Below are positions 53,420 to 62,288 of a stretch of DNA of 64,000 bases, one piece after another (the first letter of the stretch is position 1; every line of letters starts with the position of its first letter). The position numbers and the translations under genes were made by a program. Source of the DNA: Vulcanimicrobiota bacterium (GTDB lineage: Bacteria > Vulcanimicrobiota > Vulcanimicrobiia > Vulcanimicrobiales > Vulcanimicrobiaceae); assembly GCA_963723515.1 (NCBI GenBank), contig CAVRQT010000002.1, positions 288,001 through 352,000 of the forward strand, in the 5' to 3' direction. The notes under the pieces were generated by a model. It made no database searches and was not told the DNA's origin. It was given only the letters and a program-made list of their open reading frames with translations.

Positions 53420-54340
53420 ATGACGCACTATGGCCAGATGGAGCCGCTGAAACCGCCGTCACGAATCGGCATCGTCGGTACTGGTCGTATGGGCGCGAAC
53501 ATCGCGCTGCGTCTCAACGATCGAGGCTGGAACGTTGAGGCGCTCTACGACGCCAACCCGAGCTCGAGCAATCTTCTCTCCGAACAAGTGGGCGCAGTGA
53601 TCGCCGCAACGCTCGCCGACGTTACGGATCTCTGCGAGGCGATCATCACGGTCATCAGTGATGATGCGGCGATGCTTTCCATCTTCGCGGAAAACGGTGA
53701 TTCATTGCTCAGCGGTGCGGCGGGCAAACTCTTCATCAATTGTGCGACGCTGACGCCGAAGGTGCACGCCGAAGCGCAACGCCGCGCAAAAGCAAAGGGA
53801 GCGCAAGCCATTGAGGCTTGCATGGCAGGCTCGATCCCCCAGGCGAGATCAGGCACGCTGTTCTTGATGTGTGCCGGCGATACGGAAGACTTTGAACGCG
53901 CTCGTCCATTGCTTGAAGTCATCGGCTCGCAAATCGAATATCTGGGCGCGGCCGGAAAGGCGGCGCAGTGCAAAGCGCTCGTCAACATGCTAATGAACAT
54001 CAACACGGCCGGATTGGCCGAAGGATTGGGACTCGGCGAGGCGCTCGGCCTTCGTCTTGCACAGCTGCGCGAAATCTTCTCAAAGACCGGCGCGGCATCG
54101 CGCGTGCTCGAGACAGATGGCGCCGATATGGAAGCGCGCGACCACGAAACGTATTTTTCCGGTTCACACGCGGCGAAGGACTCGAACATCGCGCTTCAAC
54201 TGGCGCGCGACGTCGGATTGAACGTACCGCTCGCTGCCGCGGCCGCGGCTCAATACGATCGGATGGTGAAGGAGGGATTCGGCGATCTTGATAAGTCGGG
54301 AATCGCGGAGCTAACGTTTAAGTCGCGCCACGCGCGCTAG
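53420..54340 (+). CDS. NAD(P)-dependent oxidoreductase, 3-hydroxyisobutyrate dehydrogenase family
   Basis: GTGRMG, KALVN, KDSNIA; the start may be at 53438. Confidence 0.9.
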   Translation: MTHYGQMEPLKPPSRIGIVGTGRMGANIALRLNDRGWNVEALYDANPSSSNLLSEQVGAVIAATLADVTDLCEAIITVISDDAAMLSIFAENGDSLLSGAAGKLFINCATLTPKVHAEAQRRAKAKGAQAIEACMAGSIPQARSGTLFLMCAGDTEDFERARPLLEVIGSQIEYLGAAGKAAQCKALVNMLMNINTAGLAEGLGLGEALGLRLAQLREIFSKTGAASRVLETDGADMEARDHETYFSGSHAAKDSNIALQLARDVGLNVPLAAAAAAQYDRMVKEGFGDLDKSGIAELTFKSRHAR

Positions 54341-54358
54341 CGCCGCCCTACGCGATTT

Positions 54359-54796
54359 TCAGTCCGCGGTCTTGGTCTCTATATCCTCAATCATGGCCTG
54401 ATATTTCGGATCGTCCGTCGGGGTCTCGGCGAGCCACGCATCGAGGATCTCTTCGCCCAGCGGCAGTGACGTGGCGCGCAAACTGAGCGCCAGAACGTTC
54501 GCGTCGTTCCATTTTCGCGCGCCGGACGCCGTTTGCGCGTCTTGGCAGAGCGCAGCACGAATGCCGGGCACTTTGTTAGCCGCTATCGACGCACCCGTTC
54601 CCGTCCAACAGCAGACGACGCCCGAATCGGCCTCGCGTCTTGCAACCGCTTGCGCGACGCCGCGCGCAGCGTGCGTCCAGGAATCGTCCTCGGATGCAAG
54701 CGCACCATACAGCGAAACGTCATGACCGCGCTCGCGCAACATGCGCTGCAGTCCGTCGGTCAATTCATTCGGCATGTCGCTTCCGAGTGCAATCGC
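54359..54796 (-). CDS. RpiB/LacAB-family sugar-phosphate isomerase
   Basis: CWTGTGASIAANKVPGIRAA, WNDANVL. The frame extends upstream of the ORF-track ATG as (A)IALGSD. Confidence 0.85.
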   Translation of the reverse strand, partial: AIALGSDMPNELTDGLQRMLRERGHDVSLYGALASEDDSWTHAARGVAQAVARREADSGVVCCWTGTGASIAANKVPGIRAALCQDAQTASGARKWNDANVLALSLRATSLPLGEEILDAWLAETPTDDPKYQAMIEDIETKTAD

Positions 54797-54871
54797 TGCC
54801 TAATAGTAAGATTCCGGTGGGCTTCGATCCTTGCCGCTCAGGACAGTGAGCTCGCGTGCGGGCGATTCCGC

Positions 54872-55273
54872 TTAGTACAGCGTGATGACGTTAGCGTTCA
54901 GCGAGCCGTCGGCGTTCATCTGTCCCTGAACGTCGACGCGGCTGCCCGCTCCGATCGTTGCGCCGCGCGGGTTGATCACGGTGCCCTGATGCAGATGTAT
55001 GTCACGGTAGGTGCCGTTCGCGAAACGAACCTGCATATCGTAGCGGCGGAAGTACGTGACGACGCCACGGGCGCGGTTGGGCTCCCAGCCATAGTCCGCC
55101 TTAACGCGTTGCGCGAGTGCGTCGATCACCGATTGCAAGATCGGGTTGACTCCCGGAGGCATCGTCGGCAACGCGACCGGCGTCGGAGCCGGAGCGCTCG
55201 TTTGCGCTGCAACCGGCGCGCCGGTCAATGCGAACAGGACGGCCGCGGCGGCCGACAAAAATCGCGATTTCAT
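54872..55273 (-). CDS. Secreted hypothetical protein with OB-fold-like (DUF5666-like) C-terminus
   Basis: Signal peptide, Pro-rich linker, IHLHQGTVINPRG...V.VQG....G...AN.I. Confidence 0.65.
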   Translation of the reverse strand: MKSRFLSAAAAVLFALTGAPVAAQTSAPAPTPVALPTMPPGVNPILQSVIDALAQRVKADYGWEPNRARGVVTYFRRYDMQVRFANGTYRDIHLHQGTVINPRGATIGAGSRVDVQGQMNADGSLNANVITLY

Positions 55274-55300
55274 ACCCGAACAACGCGAGCGTTTCACCTG

Positions 55301-56104
55301 ATGGTTCCCGCAATCCGGCCGGCGTCGACCGTCATGCTGCTGCGCGCATCCGACCGTCCGCCTTCCTTTAGAGTATTGATGCTGCGGCGCAGCGCGCAGA
55401 GCGCGTTCGCCCCGGATGCCTATGCATTTCCGGGAGGGGCGGTCGAGCCGGCGGATTACGTGGATCGAGGCGCAGCCAGAATCAACGGTCTCGATCGCCC
55501 GCGTTTGGCCGCGATGTTTCGCGTTGAAGCCACGGACGCTCTCGATGCTCCGAAGCTCGCCGAGCTGGACGACTCCGATCGCGCGGCGCTGGTCGTGGCG
55601 GCGTTGCGCGAGCTCTTTGAAGAAGGCGGCGTTTTCCTAGGAAGTTCTTCCAACGAGTCGCTCGACGAGCATCTCTTGAAGGAGGCACGCAGCGCTTTGT
55701 GGCGCCCCGGCGCAAACTTCGCCACGATCCTCGAACAGCATGGCCTCATGCTCGATGCATCCGGGCTGGAGCTCTTCTCGGTGTGGGTTACGCCGCCGCA
55801 TGAAGCGCGGCGCTTCCACGCTCACTTCTTCGTTGCGCGCGCCGACGGCCAGGTGGCAGCCGCAGACCGTTTTGAGACGCATGACGAGCTTTGGATCGAG
55901 CCGCAAGCGGCGCTCAACGAACATGCAGCCGGGCGTCTCGCGATGGTGTATCCGACGATCAAGCATATCGAACGCCTGGCGACCTTCACAACAATCGATG
56001 AAGTGATGGCGTTCGCCCGCCAAAAACCGATCGTTCGCATCATGCCGAATACCACCGCGGAACATGGTTTCTCACTTCCGCCGGAGCTCGAAAACGCGTG
56101 GTAG
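55301..56104 (+). CDS. NUDIX hydrolase (NUDT19-like)
   Basis: PASTVMLLR, FPGGAVE...AALRELFEEGG, WVTP, RRF...FF. Confidence 0.88.
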   Translation: MVPAIRPASTVMLLRASDRPPSFRVLMLRRSAQSAFAPDAYAFPGGAVEPADYVDRGAARINGLDRPRLAAMFRVEATDALDAPKLAELDDSDRAALVVAALRELFEEGGVFLGSSSNESLDEHLLKEARSALWRPGANFATILEQHGLMLDASGLELFSVWVTPPHEARRFHAHFFVARADGQVAAADRFETHDELWIEPQAALNEHAAGRLAMVYPTIKHIERLATFTTIDEVMAFARQKPIVRIMPNTTAEHGFSLPPELENAW

Positions 56105-57123
56105 AGGGCTCGCGAATCACACTCGTGCGTGCTCCGAACCCGTCGCCGCTGACCTTATCCGGAACAAATTCCTATCTGATCGACGGCGCCAACGGAGAAG
56201 CGGCGTGCATCGATCCGGGCCCGCTGATCGAGCGGCATATCGACGCTCTGGTGGAGACGGCGACGGCAAAACGATTGCGTATCGCCTGGATTCTGATCAC
56301 GCACGGTCATCCCGATCATGCGCCGGCGGCCGTACCGTTGGCCAAGCGCACCGGCGCAAGAATTGCTGCGCATCGCAATTCAAAGGTACGGTACGACCGA
56401 GCGCTTCGCGATCGTGAGACGCTGCGTATCGGGGATGTCGAATTGCTCGCAATCGACGCGCCCGGCCATACGTTCGATCATCTGGTCTTTTACTACAGCG
56501 GCGAACGAGCGCTCTTCACCGGTGATGTGGTGCTCGGCGAAGGAACGGTCGTGATCGCACCGCCGGGCGGAGCAATGCGTCCGTATCAAGCGACGCTCGC
56601 CCGCCTGTTGGCAGACTTTCCGGAGCTGCAGCGCATCTATGGCGGTCACGGTGAACCGATTGGGGACGCTCGAGCGAAGCTGCGCGAGTACATCGCGCAT
56701 CGGCATCTGCGGGAACAGCAGCTGATCGGCGAATTGGAAACCGGGCCGCGAACGATTCCGGAACTGATTACTGCGATTTACGCGCAGACCGATGCGCGAC
56801 TCTGGCCTGCGGCCGCGCGGCAGATGCTTGCGCATTTGCTTGCCTTAGAAGACGAACGGAAAGTTCGCTCTCGCGTGCTCGATCGGGCGATGACCGCTGA
56901 AGAAAGAGCGATCCTCTCGCCCGATTGGTCCGGCAGCGCTGCGGATGATGCCGAGGTCGTACGTGCCGAGCTTGGCACCGAGGAGACCCCGGAGCTGCGA
57001 ATCTACGAGCTTGCCGGCGCTGATCCGCAACACGACTTTGCCGAATTGATCCGCATGTTCGAGGCGCTCGGCAGCCGCGACGATCTCGTCGAGCTCGAAA
57101 ATTCGATCGACGACCGGATGTAA
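56098..57123 (+). CDS. MBL-fold metallo-hydrolase (LACTB2-like)
   Basis: APNPSPLTL.GTN, THGHPDH, PGHT.DH, TGD, GHG. The 3' end is uncertain. Confidence 0.9.
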   Translation: MVEGSRITLVRAPNPSPLTLSGTNSYLIDGANGEAACIDPGPLIERHIDALVETATAKRLRIAWILITHGHPDHAPAAVPLAKRTGARIAAHRNSKVRYDRALRDRETLRIGDVELLAIDAPGHTFDHLVFYYSGERALFTGDVVLGEGTVVIAPPGGAMRPYQATLARLLADFPELQRIYGGHGEPIGDARAKLREYIAHRHLREQQLIGELETGPRTIPELITAIYAQTDARLWPAAARQMLAHLLALEDERKVRSRVLDRAMTAEERAILSPDWSGSAADDAEVVRAELGTEETPELRIYELAGADPQHDFAELIRMFEALGSRDDLVELENSIDDRM

Positions 57124-58014
57124 GCCGCCCTCAAAGAGTTGCAGCATCGCTTCGAAATCTTGCGGGCTGCCCATCGAGGTGCCTAGCACATCTTTGTGAT
57201 TCCAAAAGATTGAAAACGGCCGTATCTTCGCATCGCCTGTCGTGCCGCCATACGTAACGATGCGGCCACCCGGTTTGACGACATCTATGGCGCGCGCCAG
57301 CGCTTCGCCGCCCGCGGAATCGATCGCAATATCAATGCCGATCTTGCGCGCCGCTTTGTACCACTCCGGATCGCTCCGATAGTTAAACGCCTCATCGGCG
57401 CCGAGCGCTTTGGCGCGCTGCAATTTTTCGTCATGCGATGAGGTGACAACGACGCGCGCGCCGGCGTGTTTGCAAAAGAGCAGCACGAACGTTTGAACGC
57501 CGCCGCCAACGCCGGTGATCAGCACCGTGTCTGCGCTCGTGACGTTGCCGCGCGTAAACGTCGCACGGTATGCGGTCAGGCCGCCCAGCGGAATCGCAGC
57601 TGCTTCTTCATCCGAGAGTGGACCCGGCTTGGGCGCAACGTTTTGCGCCGGTACGCTGACATACTCGGCAAACGTTCCCGCGCGCGGCATGCCGAGGATC
57701 GTCGCGCGTGAGCTCCACACGCGCGGATCATCGCCCCAATCCAGCATCGGATCGATCACGACCGAATCGCCGGCAGCCGGACTCTGCACGCCGTCGCCCA
57801 GAGCGGCCACAATGCCGGCGCCATCCGATCCCAATATGACGGGCAATTCGATTCCCGGATAGAGGCCTTGCGTGATGAAAACATCCCGGTGGTTTAACGC
57901 GGCGGCATGGAGTCGCACGAGTACTTCACCGGGCGCCGGCTTTGGCTCAGGAATCTGGTCGACTTGCAGATTCTGAACTCCGCCCAATTCGTGCAGACGT
58001 ACGGCTTTCATCAT
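56845..58014 (-). CDS. MDR-family zinc-binding dehydrogenase / quinone oxidoreductase
   Basis: ALNHRD, LGSDGAG, GTFAEY, GVGGGV, GKVVL. The 3' end is uncertain. Confidence 0.9.
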   Translation of the reverse strand: MMKAVRLHELGGVQNLQVDQIPEPKPAPGEVLVRLHAAALNHRDVFITQGLYPGIELPVILGSDGAGIVAALGDGVQSPAAGDSVVIDPMLDWGDDPRVWSSRATILGMPRAGTFAEYVSVPAQNVAPKPGPLSDEEAAAIPLGGLTAYRATFTRGNVTSADTVLITGVGGGVQTFVLLFCKHAGARVVVTSSHDEKLQRAKALGADEAFNYRSDPEWYKAARKIGIDIAIDSAGGEALARAIDVVKPGGRIVTYGGTTGDAKIRPFSIFWNHKDVLGTSMGSPQDFEAMLQLFEGGLHPVVDRIFELDEIVAAAERLEHADQFGKVVLRISAGKLVDSQLRGLLGAKLGTYDLGIIRSAAGPIGREDRSFFSGHRPIEHARANFPFVF

Positions 58015-58017
58015 CTG

Positions 58018-60287
58018 TTAGTGCCGCATCGTAAAGATCAGTCGCGCGCTGAACGGCTCGATGAAAAACCGGTCCGTCGGCAGCAGCATCAATCCCGCCG
58101 GGCCATTTCCCAAGTATGGAACGCCTGCCCCCAGCAGCGGTGAATGGACCGCTGACGGCGTTCGTAATGTTCGTGAGCGCTAGCGTAAGGTCCGCATTTC
58201 CAAAGCGCCGGCCGAGCGCGCCGTTGACGATCGCATAAGGGCCTTGATTAAGCTCGTTGTTCTTGCCGCGAAATTGCGCATCGATAGCCGCGTGCCATGG
58301 AGCATTCCCCCAGGAGAGTTGCATCGAGCCCACTTGCTGCGGAATGCCCAAGAACTGCTCGCCGGAAACTAAGAAGCCGCCGGAAGTCGGATTTGTGACC
58401 GTTGCGGGAAGGTTGAGCGGATAGGCAACGTTCAGTCCGTACTGCGCCGTAAACGTCAACTTCTTAAAACGCCGCAAGAAGCGAATCGCGCCACCTTCGT
58501 AGACGACGTTGCCGGCATTGATCGGATAGGAGTAGTTGACGTTCGGACACGTATTGCCAGGGTAGAACGTTTCGATCGGATCGCGCAGATTCGTTCGGTA
58601 GGCGGAGACGTCCAACGTTGCAACGCTTGAAAATCGTTGGGCGTATCCCAATTCATATTCCGTTGCATGCTCCGCTCGCTCGTTTGGATTTCCTTGGCCA
58701 ACGATGACGCAATCGGCATTCGGCGGTGGCAGCGCATCGTTGGGAAAAAGGTAGCGCTCAATGAGCAGCGGCGCTCGAAATCCGGTGCCGACGGAGAATC
58801 GGACGACGCTCGAATCGGTCAGATCGTAACTGACGCCGAAACGCCCGTTGACCGATCCGCCGAACGTCGTGTAGTTGGATGAGTAGAGCGCTCCTGCGAC
58901 ACGCAGTTTGACGGTGGGCCGCAAGGTCGCGCGTACGAAATAGGACGCAATCCGCTGTCCCTGAGGCGCAGCAACGTTCGTTTCGGCGAGCGATTCGTTT
59001 TCAATGTAACCGCCGAATAGCATATTCCGAACGCTCGAAGACCCTCTGCCAGCCGAGTGAGACGGTGTTGCGCTTGTCCTGATGCGAAATGTCATAGGGA
59101 GAAATTCCAGCCGGCGCAAGCTGCAGCGCGATCGTATTATTGGAAGCGGAAAAATCGGTGGTCAGCGTGCCGGCACCGAGCGGATTGCGCGTGCGAAGAT
59201 CGTAGGCGCGAACGGTTTGCCCAACTTCGATCGGCCCGGGGCCGATGAATCCGCCGGGCACAGCGCCCGACGGATCGGGCGCGTTCATGGCCGCACTTTC
59301 ATCGCGCTGATCGCCTAATGAAAAGATTCTCAACGCGAGGTCCGCTCGCGGCGAAAATGACCACGTCAAATTCGCAAGTGCAGAATGGCTGTTAACCGCT
59401 GAACCAAGGTGGATCGGCGTCGCCTGCCCGGCGACACAGGGATTGCTTTGGCAGAACAACGCCTGTTGATTGACATAGCCGGACTCATTCGCGTTGTCTA
59501 GAGCTAGCGCGTACCCAAAGCGATCTCGCATTGCGGTGGCGTTGATCCACTCCTCCGATCGGCCGAACGATCCGGCGCTGAGCGAAAATGCATCGTGCGG
59601 CTGCTGCGTTGGATGCAGCGAAACGATGTTGACCGCGCCGCCGATCGTGTTCGATCCCTCGAGGTCTGCGGGGCCAAGACCTTCGGTCACGTCGATCGCC
59701 GCAAACGCTGCAACGGGAAATCGCGAGAGATCAAGATCGCCGGTGTTCGCGTCATTGAGGAGCTGGCCGTCCAGCGTGATAAGCGTTTCCGACGGATCGG
59801 GCCCGCGCAGGGCGACGACTTCGGGCGCAGTGGATGAACCACCATCGGGTCGAGGTAAGGTTACGGATGGGATTTGCGGCAATGCATTGACGATCCGGTC
59901 GTAGCCCACGCTCTCCAGTTGCGAGTGTGAAATTTGCACGCTCGGCACCGGACTGTGTGAAAGCGTCAGTTCGCCATTCACGGTCACCTCGCCGATCGGC
60001 CGCAGATGCTGCGAATCGGCCGGTTCGAGCGCGACATCGACCGTTGAATCGTTGCGGACTTCAATCGGGCCGACGTCTGCAATCGCATAACCGTTCGCAC
60101 GGGCGATCAAGATGTACGATCCGGGAGCAACCTGAATCGAGAAGCGCCCGTCCTGCTTCGTGCGCGTTGTCGTGGTAGAAGAATTGTGTTGCAGCGTGAT
60201 CGACGCGTTCGCTACCGGCGCGCCGCTCGGGCCATGCACGATGCCGCCGATCGTGCAGCAAGCGAGCACGGCCCCCAAGTAAAGCAT
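58018..60287 (-). CDS. TonB-dependent receptor with N-terminal carboxypeptidase-regulatory-like domain (frameshifts at about 59010 and 58125)
   Basis: Plug LRGPDPSETLITLDG, IGGAVNI, GTGFRAP, NPNERAEH...YELG, NITN; terminal strand ...ARLIFTMRH*. Confidence 0.88.
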
Positions 60288-60376
60288 CGCGCCAGGCCGT
60301 TGGCGGGGCACCAATCTCCATCCTTTGGCGACGAAACCGCTAGGACGAGGCCGCCTTTAACCGATACAATACCTTC

Positions 60377-60607
60377 ATGAATTTAAAGGCGCTTTCGCGA
60401 CTGGTCCGCGGTTTCAAAATTGAAATCGGTGATCTGCGCGCCGAGGGACCGCCGGCAATGGTCGTGGCGTTCGGCGGACTCGTGCTCGCGGCGGGGCTCG
60501 TCCGATTGCTCAATCAAAATGCGGCCGTTTTACCCGAAACGCTGCGCGAAGCGAAGAGTCTCGTCGACTCTTTGCGCGGCGATTCCCGAGCGCGACTGCC
60601 CTCATGA
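60377..60607 (+). CDS. Small membrane protein
   Basis: One TM; TACAAT-N6-ATG leaderless arrangement; ATGA overlap with bolA. Confidence 0.7.
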   Translation: MNLKALSRLVRGFKIEIGDLRAEGPPAMVVAFGGLVLAAGLVRLLNQNAAVLPETLREAKSLVDSLRGDSRARLPS

Positions 60608-60850
60608 TCGACAACGAGTCGATCCGCGCACTGATTGCTAAAGCGATTCCCGACGCCCATGTTGAGATATTCGACCGAACCGGAACGATGGATCATTTCA
60701 ACATCAGCGTGACGTCGAGCGGAATTCACGCAGAAGTCGCTGATCGAGCAGCACCAAATGGTTTATTCCGCGCTGCGCCCGGCGCTCAAAGACGGCCGTC
60801 TGCATGCCGTCGAACTGAAAACTCACGCCTTGGAGAGGTCCGCTTCATGA
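60604..60850 (+). CDS. bolA: BolA/IbaG family protein (frameshift at about 60722)
   Basis: DHFNISVTS, then in the alternative frame F..KSLIEQHQMVYSAL...RLHAVELKT...*; stop overlaps the grx ATG. Confidence 0.85.
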
Positions 60851-61197
60851 CACAAGATCTGCGCGCCGAAATTGACCGCGAAATCGCGGCGAATAAAATT
60901 CTGATCTACGGGAAAGGCACGAAGACGATGCCGCGCTGCGGCTTCACGCTCGAAACGATCGAGTTTTTCAATCGTTTCAGCTACCCGTTCGAGGTGATCG
61001 ACGTTCTCGAAAATCTCGAGAAGCGCGAGGTACTCTCCGAGATGACGAACTGGCCGACCTTACCGAAGGTCTTCATCAACGGCAAGTTCTACGGCGACAC
61101 CGACATCTTAGGACCGATGGACGCGAGTGGCGAGCTTGGCGAGGTTCTGAGCCAGACGTTCGGCACCGCGCCGCGTCCCACGATTCAGTTGCATTAA
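60847..61197 (+). CDS. Monothiol glutaredoxin (Grx4-like, CGFT)
   Basis: KGTKTMPRCGFT, WPTLPKVFING.F.GD.DI. Confidence 0.9.
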   Translation: MTQDLRAEIDREIAANKILIYGKGTKTMPRCGFTLETIEFFNRFSYPFEVIDVLENLEKREVLSEMTNWPTLPKVFINGKFYGDTDILGPMDASGELGEVLSQTFGTAPRPTIQLH

Positions 61198-61209
61198 ACA
61201 CAGGTCCGG

Positions 61210-61681
61210 ATGCTAACGCTTTGGGCGTCCGGTCAGGAGCGCGCCTGGCTGAACTCATTCCGCATGCGCACGCCGTTTCAACCGCGCTATTGCGAGATCG
61301 ATACCTACGGTCACGTGAGCGTCGTGATGTACGACGCGTATTTAGAGCAAGGCCGAATGGAGTATTTTGCGGCGATCGGCGATCCGTCGTCCGGCGATCC
61401 GTTTCCGTTCGCGACACGTCATCGCCGAACAGAGCATACGCTACATCGCAAGCTGCTATTTCCGCGAAGATTTGGCGGTGCTGACGAAGATTACGGAGTT
61501 AGGCCGCTCGAGCGCGACGGTCGAACAAGCGATCGTCGATCCGCGGGGCGCATTGCGCGCGATTTCGAGCACGGTGATCGTGCATCATGACGGCAAGCAG
61601 AATCTTCCCTGGACGGCCGAGCAGCGGGAAGCGATTGCAAAATTTGAAGGCTTTTTGACGTCGTCGGTCAGGGAGTATTGA
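61210..61681 (+). CDS. Acyl-CoA thioesterase (4HBT/YbgC hotdog; frameshift at about 61415)
   Basis: EIDTYGHV...Y..YLEQGR, then VIAEQSIRY...LGRSS. Confidence 0.82.
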
Positions 61682-61685
61682 GCAA

Positions 61686-61793
61686 TGGGGTCCCGCCCGC
61701 GTTAGTTTGGGCGGGGGCGCGCAGGCCGGTTTTCAGCGCATCGTGCTGAAAGCCGGACGGAGCGCCAAGCAAGCGCGCGAAGTGCGTTGCTAA
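61686..61793 (+). repeat. Structured ~105-nt dispersed repeat, copy 2
   Basis: Fills the thioesterase-EVE spacer; homologous to the reverse complement of 34874-34976. Confidence 0.85.
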
Positions 61794-61798
61794 ACTAG

Positions 61799-62245
61799 AT
61801 GCGCTATTGGCTGTTCAAGACCGAGCCCACCGCCTACAGTCTTGACGATCTCGAGCGCGACGGCACGACGCCGTGGAGCGGCGTGCGCAATTTTCAAGCG
61901 CGCAACAATATGCTCGAAATGAAGATCGGAGATCAGGGTCTCTTCTATCACAGCAGCATCGCAGAGCCCGCCGCAATTGGGATCTGCGAAGTCGCGCGTG
62001 AGGCGTATCCTGACTTCACGGCCTTCGATTCAAAGAGCGAATACTTTGACCGCAAGAGCAAGCCGGACAAGCCGATCTGGCAGATGGTGGACGTCAAGTT
62101 CGTCGAGCGCTTTTCACATGCCGTAACGCTTGCGCAGATGCGCGCCGACCCGCGGCTGGTCGGGATGGCGCTGTTGCGCCGCGGACAACGTCTTTCCGTG
62201 CAGCCGGTCACACCGCACGAATGGAAGATAATTCTTAGAGCTTAG
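61799..62245 (+). CDS. EVE domain protein
   Basis: YWLFKTEP, WSGVRNFQARN, FYHS, RLSVQPVT..EW. Confidence 0.95.
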   Translation: MRYWLFKTEPTAYSLDDLERDGTTPWSGVRNFQARNNMLEMKIGDQGLFYHSSIAEPAAIGICEVAREAYPDFTAFDSKSEYFDRKSKPDKPIWQMVDVKFVERFSHAVTLAQMRADPRLVGMALLRRGQRLSVQPVTPHEWKIILRA

Positions 62246-62288
62246 CCGAGGCTAACGTAAATGGGTCTGCCCGCATGAGGATTGGCGC

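Noticed and set aside
54533..55300. Long N-terminal extension of the NUDIX ORF (523 aa), and similar extensions on aceE, acnA, EamA and SLT
   Set aside because: These are open frames running antisense to or overlapping real neighbouring genes in GC-rich DNA. The family-typical N-termini start later.
56845..57123. 279-bp convergent overlap of MBL hydrolase and MDR dehydrogenase
   Set aside because: Both recognisable domains end near 57010-57030 and the extensions are antisense read-through. A lost stop or indel is likely.
60604..61197. Apparent 197-aa BolA-glutaredoxin fusion
   Set aside because: The BolA C-terminal half is in another frame and stops at 60850, overlapping the grx ATG. The fusion is an indel artefact.
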